From NCBI GenBank assembly GCA_051294375.1, contig CM119265.1:17201172-17265171 (forward strand): a stretch of DNA of 64,000 bases. The letters are read 5' to 3'. Every line of letters starts with the position of its first letter. Position 1 is the first letter of the stretch. Under the pieces are notes generated by a model, which was not told where the DNA came from, ran no database searches, and was given only the letters and a program-made list of their open reading frames with translations. The DNA is from Paraspadella gotoi. Lineage: Eukaryota; Animalia; Chaetognatha. Positions 62,901 to 64,000 of the stretch are shown here, one piece after another. A program made the translations under genes and the position numbers.

Positions 62901-64000
62901 GTTTCGAATCCGACGCTCAGTTCACTCTTATCGGGATTGTCTTGGGCCTCGCTATCTACAACAACGTTATCCTAGACGTGCATTTTCCCATGGTGAGCGA
63001 TAAATTTTACCTCCCGTAGGTAATTAAATTTTGGCCAGTTGTTAATTAAGCTAGTGAATTTTTTTTTTTTAATTTTCTAACAGGGGGCATCTTATATTAT
63101 TATTTATTGTTGACCTTATGGTTTGTGGTAGAATGCTCGCATTGTTCTTTTTGCTGTTCTACTTGATAATGTTTATGAATTAATAAAGAGAAGCAATAGT
63201 GGTTAATAACATTATTTATTGTATTGTTAACTTAACATTATTAATATTACACAAGATACATGATGGTTATTATATTATAAGTGGCAAGCTAAGAAAAGGG
63301 CATAGTGGTTCAAACCGACCCTGAAATCCTAGCTGATTAATAGCTAGGCCTTTGACAATAACAATCTTCTATCAAACATGAGCCAGTCTCCCAGAACAAG
63401 AAAAATACTTCCATTTATAAAGCGACAATACTACTATGAAATATTTTATTAATAATTGGAAAACTAAAACATTATTAAAACCTATTAAAACTATTGCTAA
63501 AACCGTAAAATAAGACTATTATGAAAACTCTATCAAAAGATATGAGAAATGGTCCAAACTACTACAATATGTAAATGAGATTGAAGAACTCAATCTCATT
63601 TGAAATGAACCACAAATTATTCTGCTACAATTTGATTTAGGTTGTTTATCGAAAGTTGCTCGGAAAGCGCGGAAGCCTGCACGACTTGAAGGATTCTCAT
63701 CCAGTGTTGTATCGTTCGCTGGACGATTTGTTATCCTACGAAGGAGAAGACGTTGCGGAAACCTTTATGATGACTTTTCGCATTTCCTATCAGGTTCAAT
63801 TTTTTAGTCTCTCTCATTTGGATGTCGATATTTTTAAGATGTCTAATTCTTTTTTTTTTTTTTNNNNNNNNNNNNNNNNNTTTTTTTTTTTTTTTTTTTT
63901 AGGACGTGTTTGGTTCCGTCTTAACACACGACTTGGTAGAAGATGGAGACGCCGTCCCAGTCACAAAGAGTAATCGACAAGAATTCGTTGATTTATATTC
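59956..64000 (+). CDS. UBE3A: E6AP HECT ubiquitin ligase, 3'-partial; exons 59956-60894, 60965-61056, 61124-61358, 61436-61548, 61624-61814, 61895-62093, 62398-62554, 62629-62732, 62882-62992, 63641-63793, 63903->64000
   Basis: AZUL motif [14 protein letters not shown]...C..PNC; [46 protein letters not shown]. Apparent 1-nt indel near 62412. Confidence 0.93.
63864..63880. other. Assembly gap (N run) in poly-T intron
   Basis: Seen directly. Confidence 0.99.

Overview
AT-rich invertebrate animal genomic DNA with spliceosomal introns (one N gap near 63.87 kb). The left half holds a 19-exon secreted protein with about 39 EGF domains, possibly nested in an intron of a small minus-strand gene. It also holds an orphan secreted amphipathic protein, a TBC1D10-type RabGAP and an ornithine decarboxylase antizyme with its +1 frameshift and pseudoknot. 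The right half is an operon-like run of 13 co-oriented genes: TIMM13, TMEM177-like x2, CCDC43, PGAM5, PHB, SMIM12, RPP21, POP5, DNAJC19, UROD, a tetraspanin and UBE3A. Gaps are as short as 16-162 bp, and most ATGs have a splice acceptor just upstream. The most striking signal is non-coding. Several small repeat families share one architecture: a tRNA-derived Pol III-like head followed by a permuted (type-P5) twister ribozyme whose P1 is a tiny palindrome. They include complete ~650-bp miniature LTR retroelements (LTR-PBS-PPT-LTR, 4-bp TSD) and solo LTRs. This looks like an animal LTR 'twister retrozyme' system. All calls are from manual reading; no searches or folding programs were run.
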